A stretch of 64,000 nt of DNA from an uncultured virus (IMG/VR IMGVR_UViG_3300001041_000009) (Duplodnaviria; Heunggongvirae; Uroviricota; Caudoviricetes). The notes under the pieces are model-generated. The model worked only from the letters and a program-made list of their open reading frames with translations, did not search any database and had not been told where the DNA came from. The position numbers were made by a program, and so were the translations under genes. Each line of letters opens with the position of its first letter. The stretch's first letter is position 1. This document shows positions 38,501 to 46,400 of this stretch, piece by piece. Location of the stretch: positions 1 to 64,000 of the IMG/VR virus record IMGVR_UViG_3300001041_000009. One strand, written 5' to 3'.

Positions 38501-39331
38501 AATTTCTTAACTAGCAATTATGGTATTACTAAACAAGTTGAAGACGACATGATTATGAATCATGTTAGAGATACAAATTTATCTCAAGTATATAAATATG
38601 GAGTAGTTCCTAAGAAAATAGCAGATCCTAGATCAATAGTATTCTTAGGAGATTTTGCAAATACTGGACCTGCTAATATAAGTCCATTTATGTCAGCATA
38701 TTCAAAAACATCTCAAACTGGTAAATCTGAATTTGATCATTTATATAATGAATTTAAAGCAAAGAGTTATTGGGGTAAACATTCTGGCATATATTCAGGC
38801 AGGATGTCTGGATTATACTCAGACTTATCTGATTGGGACCCAGAACAAGGTGGATATGGGGCACAACATGTACCTGGTGGTTTCGGAGAATTAACTGACT
38901 CTATAACAAGCAAACTCACATCTAATCCAGATAACGGCACAGTTATGAATAATTTGTCATTCCCAAGTTTCTCATCAGGAAGTTCTCCTGCAGTAAGATC
39001 ATATATGAGTAATAATCAACAAGCATCAAATACAGGTAGCTTTAGTGATGAGTTATTATCTGAAGCTATACATGTCTTACAATCAATAGCATCGAATACT
39101 GGTAATACAACTGATGGTATACGTAGTCTTTCAAATATGAAAATTCAAGTTGATGTATCAAATAATCAACCTCCAACATCTGGAAATACTTCACAAAATA
39201 ATATTATTATTGCTCCAGGACAAACTAGTACTAGTATAAATCCTTTTATGGGAATGGGGACTAAGAAAGAGGATAAAGAATCTAGAAACTATGAAGTGGC
39301 CAAAACTATTGCTAGAGGTAGAATAACTTAA
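29501..39331 (+). CDS. tape-measure-like virion protein (about 3276 aa) with a C39-like peptidase and a lysozyme-like C-terminal domain
   Basis: Start MIDKSKK behind AAGGAG and a late promoter; long amphipathic and Gly-rich repeats; YYSQADDRW..GCGPTSAAMV..GHFVV..INDP (Peptidase_C39_2); HESNGNY..SIGALQW. Confidence 0.8.
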   Translation: MIDKSKKGSVKVKTPSAMSWFKNVGKSLGYTSMDLVNEMMPATIDFTTSNVETVKELYTDLRRMKSQGKRVVDEIIGSEYADIARSSIQNAMKDIKSGKIYNKDRQDKVFQDGDDEFGMSDFNFDESDDTSSKQQPIHINNIEGNINKNNPMVKAVDRQTQAMLSTAQVTNDLGVSLATTTLLSNKKIGTGIMQGLNGINNNLALLVNFQSESMTKYISASLVYYEQNLKVLGDTLLEIQKSSPKPTEPGKRKDDPLDMALLSKGGLNLKGYGNMVWKQVGNAIDSNMFLSPIKSMLQDKDTLKFLAASPLSFISTKIVTALIPNMLKSAMTDMDKSFQGFFPAMLMKINRLAYKSDNPIMQLFGQVFGANVKTKSSVDMSKFNKGPVPFDGYVKKSITDVIPTYLRKILSALTGKEEMGFDYDKGTFGSVYQMKKDFDDQKERTVLNQFSDAISEIKDRANSFYIEDGVERNKFYKDIDSFFINLAKSNYLVNPTSTKDKNGNAVDELADVFKFKGDQQKFFRQLILSLPKNMQSQMFGMGVINARREQNRFMMDAEENPLKNNANNIFNEAGIDGHLTRDTKDPSKFKLKKGGGLLPSDAYDLNSLDYLRDIKKILLKGIIVFPNQSTNTDPLSPFVPPTHSSSGLKRMKQREDIIKERNRKNNTITPSTETQIGQRMNHGQRTIDSLSDSGLGEGDFQAQIGTYVSERDKVPGPNQGNNIFKWAGKFFKGDAQERYNMIREKVNDLFQAPVKLLSGVFKKIDLTMYEMVFGKQGTDENTSFFSKTLSLMKTKFETFSTWMKTEIFLPIKDALFGKDGFITKLKNSEMVNTAKGKLSKLANYLFGDPGGANGARENGVFSQTANSLMDIWDGAKYYFTGKGYTNRAGDKFSDNNSSVFGELKSMFKDFKGNLKEYLFGKKDTNDPTNNTKGVFSGIVSSIGKGFQNFSDAMFGPKRIGGKDNQNHIVMDELFKNIKKKAPKSLAYGLLGGTAGLLFGGKLGLLGSLLLPGGPIGGAVVATTMGFLSQSDRFNNWLFGPKDINGTRIGGFVSKKTTDFLKKNKVGIIGGASMGAAKSLLTSFGLLPSFFLPGGIVGGAILGVGTSLLVRSERFQKAMFGEKDADGKRQGGVVDKLFGQFRKGKNKNLFGNMGAGAAGGAALGMITSKFGLMGAMLLPGGPIGGALLGAAAGIALSSDKWRKALFGEFDADTQLRKGGLFGKFINWTKLEVLAPLKLKFGEINLNIQKWFGESIANPFLNAIDPLKHEMTLMIRSLKDTFVQGWKNFQTFLGTSFEKFVGKPFGQFMNDNVMKPLKSFLSTLLNGIGRIFGPLLSAPLRAMEGLSEGLMARHKEQGVAAYRKKRGFWGSVKDSIFNRQAIEDARNSSEGAPYAKELEIAKAKRASDTAAKYNEKKAILDAKWDKLNRRRGVGSDNDYDNFDRNGNVIVDVYRTHGSEGNPIESANTRIAEANNMSNPNQSNKSTFPVVSLDDYRQSKSSNIPTTQSGPTQSRPTLQLVPPINNSQQDNGPTPIMDNSSNKTNTTTLAPQVSKSGKTSTLEFKPQIMNDMASDIKIIAQEVKGQLDGVGSNVFKIRKLLQQQSGIGDEDLSGSSNRDRIGFLGKIKRALYKPFDTAKELLMKPIRYVGDKLSTLGTTIVSVGKAIVKIPVDIAKGMWNFSKEVLNIGKETLLALVKLPLAIVKTVGFALQTVAESLKIVGPAIGESLKGVAKLFSGTLGLVSHSLIGFGKGLGEILLGVGQGLGMITKGIGEAVGKAISGTVGALFKMVPMVTDFMFKSASAITDFTFNVVTSVGQKLLSIGDSLFEIVTSPIKFLAGSIGKMAGWKSEVIIAGGSLDLVKEVRVMQINGSARTLAPTGTDGVTHSGNLTPMPVRIVSSDTLPVRLVSTTPSPNSGSSTRGKVLPFRSISNGMDQITNSMLGAMNIFDTKEDKEDAARAEEAAQEAELNADQKQVSRRTASFTIAQNQAREDREFTQNSQIQEVSLLSNIAGLIKGQRADWLGIFGKAGLITTAALMALPYLKKLFNWFIGKTDSPTDGDHSDTYGNPITDMDTAEHVGKGLVYGTRLLNKKLVEPMVAGGRKMIKTGTKVVNPIVNTGKKVLTKILGKPSSVVKESGLAVIEDSTKMANDVKGSQIAKIQKTIQEMMSKLFAYLGEKCPQAKKGFGAISATVTKVFTKEVLGKTLPKWLAGTARLAGSAATLGLLDATWVTYGLVTGWFEASHLFRVHPEQTDYMMKSISSAMKGMLNFSWFFLINIANDVFVSATQGNTIASSITGGTGFLEMIANYLYAAWAGDDKGIKLENNQGAFKKELEEYNIENNKNLTPDEYNALTNPTIADKVVGGIKNGASYVGGKISQGASYVGNGIVNNTKWVANNMPIVGDFINNDTVKKNLNVTGNGTISTGMRIASGISGGLESASLGILDSEKTAKTIYGIGVTANNFIDTLGINLGKTSEKISTETSTKLDSITGSFRDTWAVMTSIVDEKVAEIKKDVGEKVDLISGSFRDTWSVMTSIVDEKVAGIKKDINEKTEPIVKAFRDTWVVISGYVDDAITPIKSFFKNIADGMKNTFGKIGDKVKNGWNSVVNLFNGNADLELKDANFSTNTTSNVRRGGMGGFNGGFGEAPSTVNNFSYYSQADDRWANVPYDYSPGKGHSPNPAMEKRGCGPTSAAMVVSQLTGKQYTPVQMAKIAQEDGYSTNQGTSWGYFNDIAKKFSMQTTQIDPSSNKGTVRNWLDNGVPIVLSGIRPGSSASENSPFTSAGHFVVAVGNDGPNKVMINDPRGEKYSHSYNMNTVMNEAKQAWGFKYGGGPIPTPSTDTPSSSPSVAKKEGPFSGEDLFSKLSELMGIYTENAFFGRNDQLSWGTDDTGSPIQAPSSTAGIDFIPKNLQDAILKKTAEETIKHESNGNYTFAKNDINGSTGQSISPSIGALQWRGGYAKQLMQNMAAKLPGNSEANYFANKVNWNSNSPWSNSEQTRLQNFLTSNYGITKQVEDDMIMNHVRDTNLSQVYKYGVVPKKIADPRSIVFLGDFANTGPANISPFMSAYSKTSQTGKSEFDHLYNEFKAKSYWGKHSGIYSGRMSGLYSDLSDWDPEQGGYGAQHVPGGFGELTDSITSKLTSNPDNGTVMNNLSFPSFSSGSSPAVRSYMSNNQQASNTGSFSDELLSEAIHVLQSIASNTGNTTDGIRSLSNMKIQVDVSNNQPPTSGNTSQNNIIIAPGQTSTSINPFMGMGTKKEDKESRNYEVAKTIARGRIT
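36971..37185 (+). repeat. 99-bp (33-aa) period tandem repeat in the tape-measure gene
   Basis: GSFRDTW.VMTSIVDEKVA.IKKD twice at near DNA identity, plus a third partial FRDTW. Confidence 0.85.
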
Positions 39332-39405
39332 TAATTAATATAAAACATAGAGATAAGATTAATATCTTATCTCTATGGTTTTTATATTTAAAGGAGGTTT
39401 TCATT

Positions 39406-41133
39406 ATGTCATATGATGTAACTATAACAACGAATTCTTCAGATTTAAATTTCAGAGAAGGTGCTGGAACTAACTATCCAATCAGTGGTTCAATACCAAA
39501 AGGAACTGTTGTAAACGTTGATAAATTAGTTATTGTCGGTGGAGTTGTTTGGTATGGTTTAACAGATGGTAGGGGGTGGATATGTGGAACATATGCAACA
39601 AAAGTTCCTGGTACAGATGTACCACCATTAACTTCACCCACAACATCACCACCATCTACAGGTTCAACTGATACACCTCCAGCGACTGGAACTAGCCCAG
39701 GACTTGATGCTAAAATAATAGAGATGTTATATGCAGCAACAAAAAAGTATGAAGTTAAGATCGACGCTTCAACCAGACTATTCGGATGCCCATTTCAATT
39801 TACAAAAGAAACTGATTTCAGAATAAACGATTCTTTAGATCTAGGGCGAAAATATCTTGAGAACATAGTGGCTGAATCCCCTATAATATATTTTGTTCCA
39901 GGTCGTCCTAATTATCTACCAGATGTATCTGCTGATGACCGTTCAGCAATAACATCCTTTTTTACAGGTAAAACTACGGATGAACCTGAAGCACAAGATT
40001 CATTACTAAAGATAATTGGGAATACATCAGAAATAAGATATTTTGATTTTCTGACAGATTACGCAGAATACATGAAATATGTCAATCTCATGTGTAGGGT
40101 TTGTGCATTATATCTACAGATTGGAGATTTAAAAGGTCCTGGTGATGGAGCACCATATAAATACTACGACTGGAGTGATTACAAGTATAAAAGCGATTAT
40201 GTGCCTAAAGATACTCCGAAGAAATCACTATTTGATGTATCTACAGTTGAAACTGACATATATGATCTCATGTTCGGTAGATATAAATACGTGCAATTTT
40301 ATGTAGAACCCAGTACATCATTCTCGGAATCATCAAATAATAATACACATCAATCAAAAATGGAAGGAATGTTTGATAGTACTGAGGGAATAATTAAAGA
40401 ATTATCTTTCTTAACTAATACAGCCAATCTTAAAAATATTGATGTTGCTAAACAATCATTCGCTAATAATTTAGAAGAAATATCTCAAAAAATGGTTAAT
40501 AGTTCAGGAGATGGATTCTGGTCTAGATTACTTGGTATGTCAGATAAAGTTTTAACTGGATCTAATATACTATTCCCTGAATTATGGGGCGATTCCGCAT
40601 ATAATAAATCATATAGTGTGAGTATGAATTTAGTATCTCCATATGGTGATAAAGAAAGTATTTATCTAAATATATTAGTTCCATTAATGCATATATTAGG
40701 ATTAGCTATGCCGAGACAAACTGGGGCAAATAGTTATTCCGCACCATTCTTAGTAAAAGCATTTGCCAAAGGATGGTTTTCCTGCGAATTGGGAATAATA
40801 GATTCTATAAGTATTGATAAAGGTGGTAATGGTGAATCTTGGACAGTAGATGGTTTACCAACTGAAATGAAAGTTCAAATAGGTATAAAGGACTTGTATA
40901 GTAATTTGATGATTAGCTCTACTAGTAAACCAGAATTATTCTTTCAGAATCAGGGATTGATAGAATTCTTAGCAGTATCATGTGGTATCGACATAACCAA
41001 ACCTAATTTTATGGTCAGATTAGAAACTATGTTTTCAGTATTCTTTGGTTCAACTATTGATCTACCTGGTAATATATATAAAGAATTTGTACAAAATATT
41101 CGGAATAAAATTGAACCGTTATTTAGAATATAG
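39406..41133 (+). CDS. virion/baseplate protein with an N-terminal SH3b domain
   Basis: LNFREGAGTNY...WYGL..GRGWICG SH3 motif, Pro/Thr linker, located next to the tape-measure gene. Confidence 0.7.
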   Translation: MSYDVTITTNSSDLNFREGAGTNYPISGSIPKGTVVNVDKLVIVGGVVWYGLTDGRGWICGTYATKVPGTDVPPLTSPTTSPPSTGSTDTPPATGTSPGLDAKIIEMLYAATKKYEVKIDASTRLFGCPFQFTKETDFRINDSLDLGRKYLENIVAESPIIYFVPGRPNYLPDVSADDRSAITSFFTGKTTDEPEAQDSLLKIIGNTSEIRYFDFLTDYAEYMKYVNLMCRVCALYLQIGDLKGPGDGAPYKYYDWSDYKYKSDYVPKDTPKKSLFDVSTVETDIYDLMFGRYKYVQFYVEPSTSFSESSNNNTHQSKMEGMFDSTEGIIKELSFLTNTANLKNIDVAKQSFANNLEEISQKMVNSSGDGFWSRLLGMSDKVLTGSNILFPELWGDSAYNKSYSVSMNLVSPYGDKESIYLNILVPLMHILGLAMPRQTGANSYSAPFLVKAFAKGWFSCELGIIDSISIDKGGNGESWTVDGLPTEMKVQIGIKDLYSNLMISSTSKPELFFQNQGLIEFLAVSCGIDITKPNFMVRLETMFSVFFGSTIDLPGNIYKEFVQNIRNKIEPLFRI

Positions 41134-41142
41134 AGGTGTAAT

Positions 41143-41799
41143 ATGAAGAGAAGGATTAAAGAATATCAAGAAAAATATGATCACATACCAAATGATTTTT
41201 CAGAACGATTCAAATATATATTAAATTTATTAAAGCCATCGACTAAAGACATCGACAATCTTAAAAAAGCTTTAATGAAATTAAAAAGAGTAAAATGGGA
41301 ATCATTAGACTTTGTTTTCTACTTCTTTCCACAGGCAACGGCTCGCCCAAGAATAGGTAGAAGAAGGGTTTTTTATGTGAAGGATGCCAAGAATTATAAT
41401 GATATATTTAAGGATTTTATGGATAGTTCAAAGGACTTACATCATTTAATAACCACACCATGTAAATTTTATTGTGACCTGTATATGAAAATGCCCGATA
41501 ATATGTCTAAGGTTGAAAAGATATTAGCTGAACTAAAAACATTATGCGCTCTCCCAAGACCCGACTGGGATAACGCCGGTAAGACTTATTCAGATATGAT
41601 TCAGAAACATTTATTGATTGAAGATTGTCTCATAATAGATGGAAGGGTAAGAAAATTTTATTCATTTAAACCACGAATAGAAATTCATATTGAATATATG
41701 GACAAGTATGATTGCAAGTTCAATAAGAAGAAAGTTGAATCGTGGAAAGTATATAATGAGGGTATTGATAACATAATAGAAAGGGATTCTATTATATAA
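41143..41799 (+). CDS. rusA: RusA-like Holliday junction resolvase
   Basis: RPR...PRPDWDNAGKTYSDMIQ..LLIEDCLI..G.VRKFYS.KPRIEI. Confidence 0.8.
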   Translation: MKRRIKEYQEKYDHIPNDFSERFKYILNLLKPSTKDIDNLKKALMKLKRVKWESLDFVFYFFPQATARPRIGRRRVFYVKDAKNYNDIFKDFMDSSKDLHHLITTPCKFYCDLYMKMPDNMSKVEKILAELKTLCALPRPDWDNAGKTYSDMIQKHLLIEDCLIIDGRVRKFYSFKPRIEIHIEYMDKYDCKFNKKKVESWKVYNEGIDNIIERDSII

Positions 41800-41868
41800 T
41801 AAAATAGTTATTTTATATTTACCTATATACAATATATTAATTATATAAAAGAATAGAGGTGTTCCACT

Positions 41869-42192
41869 ATGTCGGAAATTGCAGAAATAGTTGAGAATAG
41901 ATTGGTCAATAATTATATCTATGATCAATTGAAAAAAATTAAGAAGAATAAAATTAATGCGACTTCAATTTTAATTAGGTTGGGAAGTCAGATAACTGGT
42001 GAATATAACTTTAGTTTTACTTCTGAAGAGATGATTATCAAGATAGATCGTAAAAAAGATATTACTGAGATTAGAAATAAAATTACACAATTATTAAAGA
42101 ATTTAATACCACCCACTATTGATATTAACTTTATTTTTAAAATATTATCTGGTAATGGAGAACTTACCATAAGACCTAAACGAAACGTATAA
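41869..42192 (+). CDS. hypothetical protein
   Basis: 107-aa ORF, RBS AGAGG. Confidence 0.65.
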   Translation: MSEIAEIVENRLVNNYIYDQLKKIKKNKINATSILIRLGSQITGEYNFSFTSEEMIIKIDRKKDITEIRNKITQLLKNLIPPTIDINFIFKILSGNGELTIRPKRNV

Positions 42193-42226
42193 TATGGAGG
42201 TAGCTTTAAAAGCTACCTCCATATTA
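42189..42226. terminator. bidirectional terminator
   Basis: ATAATATGGAGGTAGCT / AGCTACCTCCATATTAT hairpin between convergent genes. Confidence 0.8.
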
Positions 42227-42235
42227 TACGTTTTT

Positions 42236-43429
42236 TTATTGTAGTAATTTCTGAGAAAGTTTTTTAACAGATTTGGCATCGTATTTTTCAAGTTGTAAGG
42301 TATGACATAATTCAATTAGTGTATACTTAGTTAATGCCTCAGCAAGGACCATATCCATATCGATCTCAAATTCATCCCTGTCGATGAATGAAGTATTTTT
42401 ATCAGGTTGATATTCACCGATCTCACCAGATAAATCATACTCATTAGAATGTCTATTTTGATGATCTAAATGATCAAGGTCACTACTACCATTAATATCA
42501 TCCACATCAACATTAACCTTATAATTTCTATCTTCCCTATCATCTGCATTATTGGTATCAGAATCTTGAGTGGCGGTATTCTCTAACAACTCTTTATAAG
42601 AGTGGTGCATTAAAGCACTAAACAATGTAACCTCTTCAACGGGATTTTGTTTAATCCTAATTTTAGAAAATGCTTCTTGGGCAGATGTAGGATCAGTTAC
42701 AGTATCATCATCCCTCAATTGATTTTCAATATCTGTAATGAGATCATCTTCTTTACTCTGCCGACTTTTTTCATCTTGAATAACAGTTAGTACTTTTTGT
42801 TTGACTAGACCTGCCAACTCATCCATACCAAGTTTATCTTTCTCATAATCAAATTCATTCTTCTCATCTTCACTAAGTTCAAATGTTAATTGATTTGCTG
42901 TGCTAACTTGTGGTGCCAATTTCATCTTCTTCTTACTAACTTCCTTGGCAACACTTTCGCATAGAGACTGTATATTTTTCAATAATGGGAATTTACTCTC
43001 CATACTGGCAGTTTCAAGAAGTTTAAAACCACCATTCTTATCGATATAAGAATCTGAAACTTGTTTTAAATTCTCAAGATGTTCAAGAACGAACTCTTCA
43101 TCAAGATTCAAGGATTTTCTAAACAGTTCAAATACAATTTCTTTGAATAAAATCTCTTTGCCACTTCTGTAAATATCATTACTCTTATAGAATAATTGGG
43201 ATTCTAGTATTTGTCGACTGGCGATATTTCCCCCAGCCTGTCTATTTTCATATTCTTTCTCAGATTGAATAGCACTTGCATCTATGTCTTCATAGTGTTC
43301 AACTAGCACTCTCTTCATATAAGCTTCTTTACATGCCGCACCAATACTCATATTATTAATGGCATTAAGAGTTTTAACTCCTGTATTATGCTTAACAACA
43401 ACATTATTAGTTTTAGGAAAATTTGTCAT
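42236..43429 (-). CDS. putative virion structural protein
   Basis: 397-aa acidic ORF behind the late motif at 43465-43476. Confidence 0.65.
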   Translation of the reverse strand: MTNFPKTNNVVVKHNTGVKTLNAINNMSIGAACKEAYMKRVLVEHYEDIDASAIQSEKEYENRQAGGNIASRQILESQLFYKSNDIYRSGKEILFKEIVFELFRKSLNLDEEFVLEHLENLKQVSDSYIDKNGGFKLLETASMESKFPLLKNIQSLCESVAKEVSKKKMKLAPQVSTANQLTFELSEDEKNEFDYEKDKLGMDELAGLVKQKVLTVIQDEKSRQSKEDDLITDIENQLRDDDTVTDPTSAQEAFSKIRIKQNPVEEVTLFSALMHHSYKELLENTATQDSDTNNADDREDRNYKVNVDVDDINGSSDLDHLDHQNRHSNEYDLSGEIGEYQPDKNTSFIDRDEFEIDMDMVLAEALTKYTLIELCHTLQLEKYDAKSVKKLSQKLLQ

Positions 43430-43481
43430 TTTATTATCGCCTCTTTCACTCGTTATCGTTTAATTAGTATAATGTTTGATT

Positions 43482-46400
43482 CTACAATAGATCAATAATA
43501 ATATCGTCTAAACTAATTGTTAGATATTCAGGCACATAATTTTGTCTATCAATCTTAGACAATGATGTTATATCGGGAGTTCGGTTCTCTATTATTTGAA
43601 CCGAAGAATCGTAATCATTAAGATTACCAAACCTCATATATTCAACGGTGGAAAAATTTGTTTCTACACTAGTAATTAAATTGGATATATAAATCCCATT
43701 TGAACCTAAAGCATTTATACTTTCAATAAATTTCTTGATGAATACTTTTAATGATAGAATTAAATCATCGACATCTGAACCAACGCTAGGTTTAACTCTA
43801 ATATATATTCTAGTATTGACATTATCTAGTTGAACCCCTAGATCACCTGCAATAAAATTATTTGATCTCCCATAAGTATTATAAAATTTCATATCTATAC
43901 CATAATTATTAGTGACTTTAGATAATGCATTTTGCATATATTCATACTGAATCAATATAGTTTTCATAAAAGAATTATACTTAATTGGATCTTTCATCAT
44001 AGGTGCTGATACAAATGGAACTGCACTGATGGTAACATCATACCCATCAACATTATTAGCGGATGTGAAGTTTACCATACTTCTTAAGATATTAAGAGGA
44101 CTTATGAAATTAACTTTTTTATCTACTGTTGAATATTTATTTGTTAAAGTATAAGGTTGTAATTCAGCAATATGATCATATATATGGGGTATTTTATATA
44201 GATTTCCCTCTTCGTCAAGTTCACTATACTTATAGAAAGCATAAACATTTAATTTACAATTATACATAGGTATTAAAGTATTGACTAAAATAATCCCATC
44301 GATAGTATTATTAATATTCATAACTTGCATATATTGGTCGAAAGTCATGTAATCAGTAGTACTCAAAGTTGCTTCAAATGTATATATATTCGTTAATTCA
44401 TCGAAATCTGTCATTATTGTATCTAAATAGCAAATCTCCACTCCATTATCTTCCACCATTATTTTTATCTTTAATATTCCTAAGTCTGTAATAATATTGG
44501 CAACTTTAGTTGCCATTACTTCACCGTCATCTAAGGTTGGAGTTAATGCGACTGTAATCTTGTATACATCCTCACCTGCAATTGCATTCCTATATATATT
44601 GATGTTATTACATATGAATTGTACTATGGAATCTGAATTCACATACTCGTAATCTAGAGACAATTTATCATCAATTGAATTAATATAGTAACCAATAATC
44701 CCTGGAGATTTACTAACTGTAACTAGAAATAAATTTGTGAATATATAGTCATCAGTTAATACACCAATATCATCCTTAATAGTCAGGATAGGAATTAACT
44801 CAACGGCATTGGTATCTACCTTATCTGTCGTGTTAGTAGTATTCGTTAGATACCACAATAACTTAACCGTTTAAGGTTCTTTAAACCGTCCGACCAACGG
44901 CGAAATCTTTATTTACGTTAGTTAATAAAGATCCTTTAAACGACTTATAAATATTAATAGCCGCATTATTATCTCTGTCATCTATATGCCCGCATATTGG
45001 ACAATTAAAGATTCTTTGAGATAACTTTAACTTAGTTTTAAGTTTATGGTTACATTCAGAGCATGTGTTAGTAGTATTAGGTAACGCTAAAATATATTCG
45101 CTACCGTAAAAGTAGCATTTATATTTTAACACTTGTGTAAACGTAAAGGCACCAACTCTATGAATACCCCTATTAATACGCTTAATACCATCAGATTCTG
45201 TAAGTAATTCTTTAAAACTAAACTCATCGACTACTACGTTTCTATAAGTCTTAGCTAAGAAGGTTGAAACCTTCTGAATATAATCCATTCTGATATTCAC
45301 TATTTTAATATAAATATCATTAAGCTTGGTTCTCGCTTTTATATAGTTTTTCGATGGATCGTACTTATCATACTTCTTTTTAGAAACTATCGTTGAAAGT
45401 TTATCGGTTTTCTTCTCTAGTTTCTTAATAATTCCCTTTGGGAATTTAGGATTTATGATATCTTTTCCATCAAAACAAACTACCGGATTAAGTATTCCTA
45501 GATCTACACCCACTATGTTTTTCGTATGAGTATGCTTTGGGACATCTAACTCATATGTAAATGATACATAATATTTAAAATTCTTCATACTAATAGTCAT
45601 TGTTTTTATTTCATATTGATATAAGAAACTTATATCTTCAAAAGTTTTCAATGACATATGACCATATTCTCTATTAATAATAAAAGAGAATTTGTTTTTG
45701 TCAATAATTTTAACGTTACCTTTATTCTTATTGTATATTCGGAATGATCCATTACCATGGATCTTTCTTTTAAAATGAAGTTTACACCGTTTCTTATTTT
45801 TAATATCTTTAAAGAACTTGTTGACAGTTATATTAAAATCACTAGCCACTTCATTCTTTACAGTTTTATTATATTCTTTAGTCCATTCAAATCCCGGTTC
45901 TTTTTCTTTCTTAGAATATATATGAGTAATAAAATCAAATTTATCGAAGAACTTCTTTAAATCCTTATCAATAATATTACCATTGAATTCTAGGATCTTA
46001 TTAAAATACTCTAAGGTATTATTATATATAAATCGTCTATATCCAAAGCATTTATTTAAATATACTTCTTGTTCTTTAGTCGGTCGTATTCTTGTTTTAA
46101 AAGTCTTAATCATTTTTTTTATTCACCTCCTTTCTTATATTATTTGTTATACCCATAATAATATTTTATTAGGAATGAATTAGTAAGACTTACGGTTAAG
46201 TTATTTCTCTAAGTTTCCTTAAAGCACAGACTATATCTTCACCCATTATAACGTTGTTATACTGGGGCTACCCATTTCGATTTAAGGGATTCTCACCCAC
46301 TCACTTGAGCCCTACGAACTTTACGTTCTAGTCGTTGAACCTAAATCTATAAATAGATCTTTGGCTGCAGATTGTCCAATCTTAAACTTTGTTTATATTT

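Noticed and set aside
43482..44858. Independent gene starting MWYLTNTT
   Set aside because: The first 11 codons are the intron's terminal hairpin; this ORF is exon 2 of the 47806 gene
44881..46113. Autonomous IS200/IS605 or IS607 element
   Set aside because: No tnpA (Y1 or serine recombinase) in the element or the window; the flanks are ribozyme sequence
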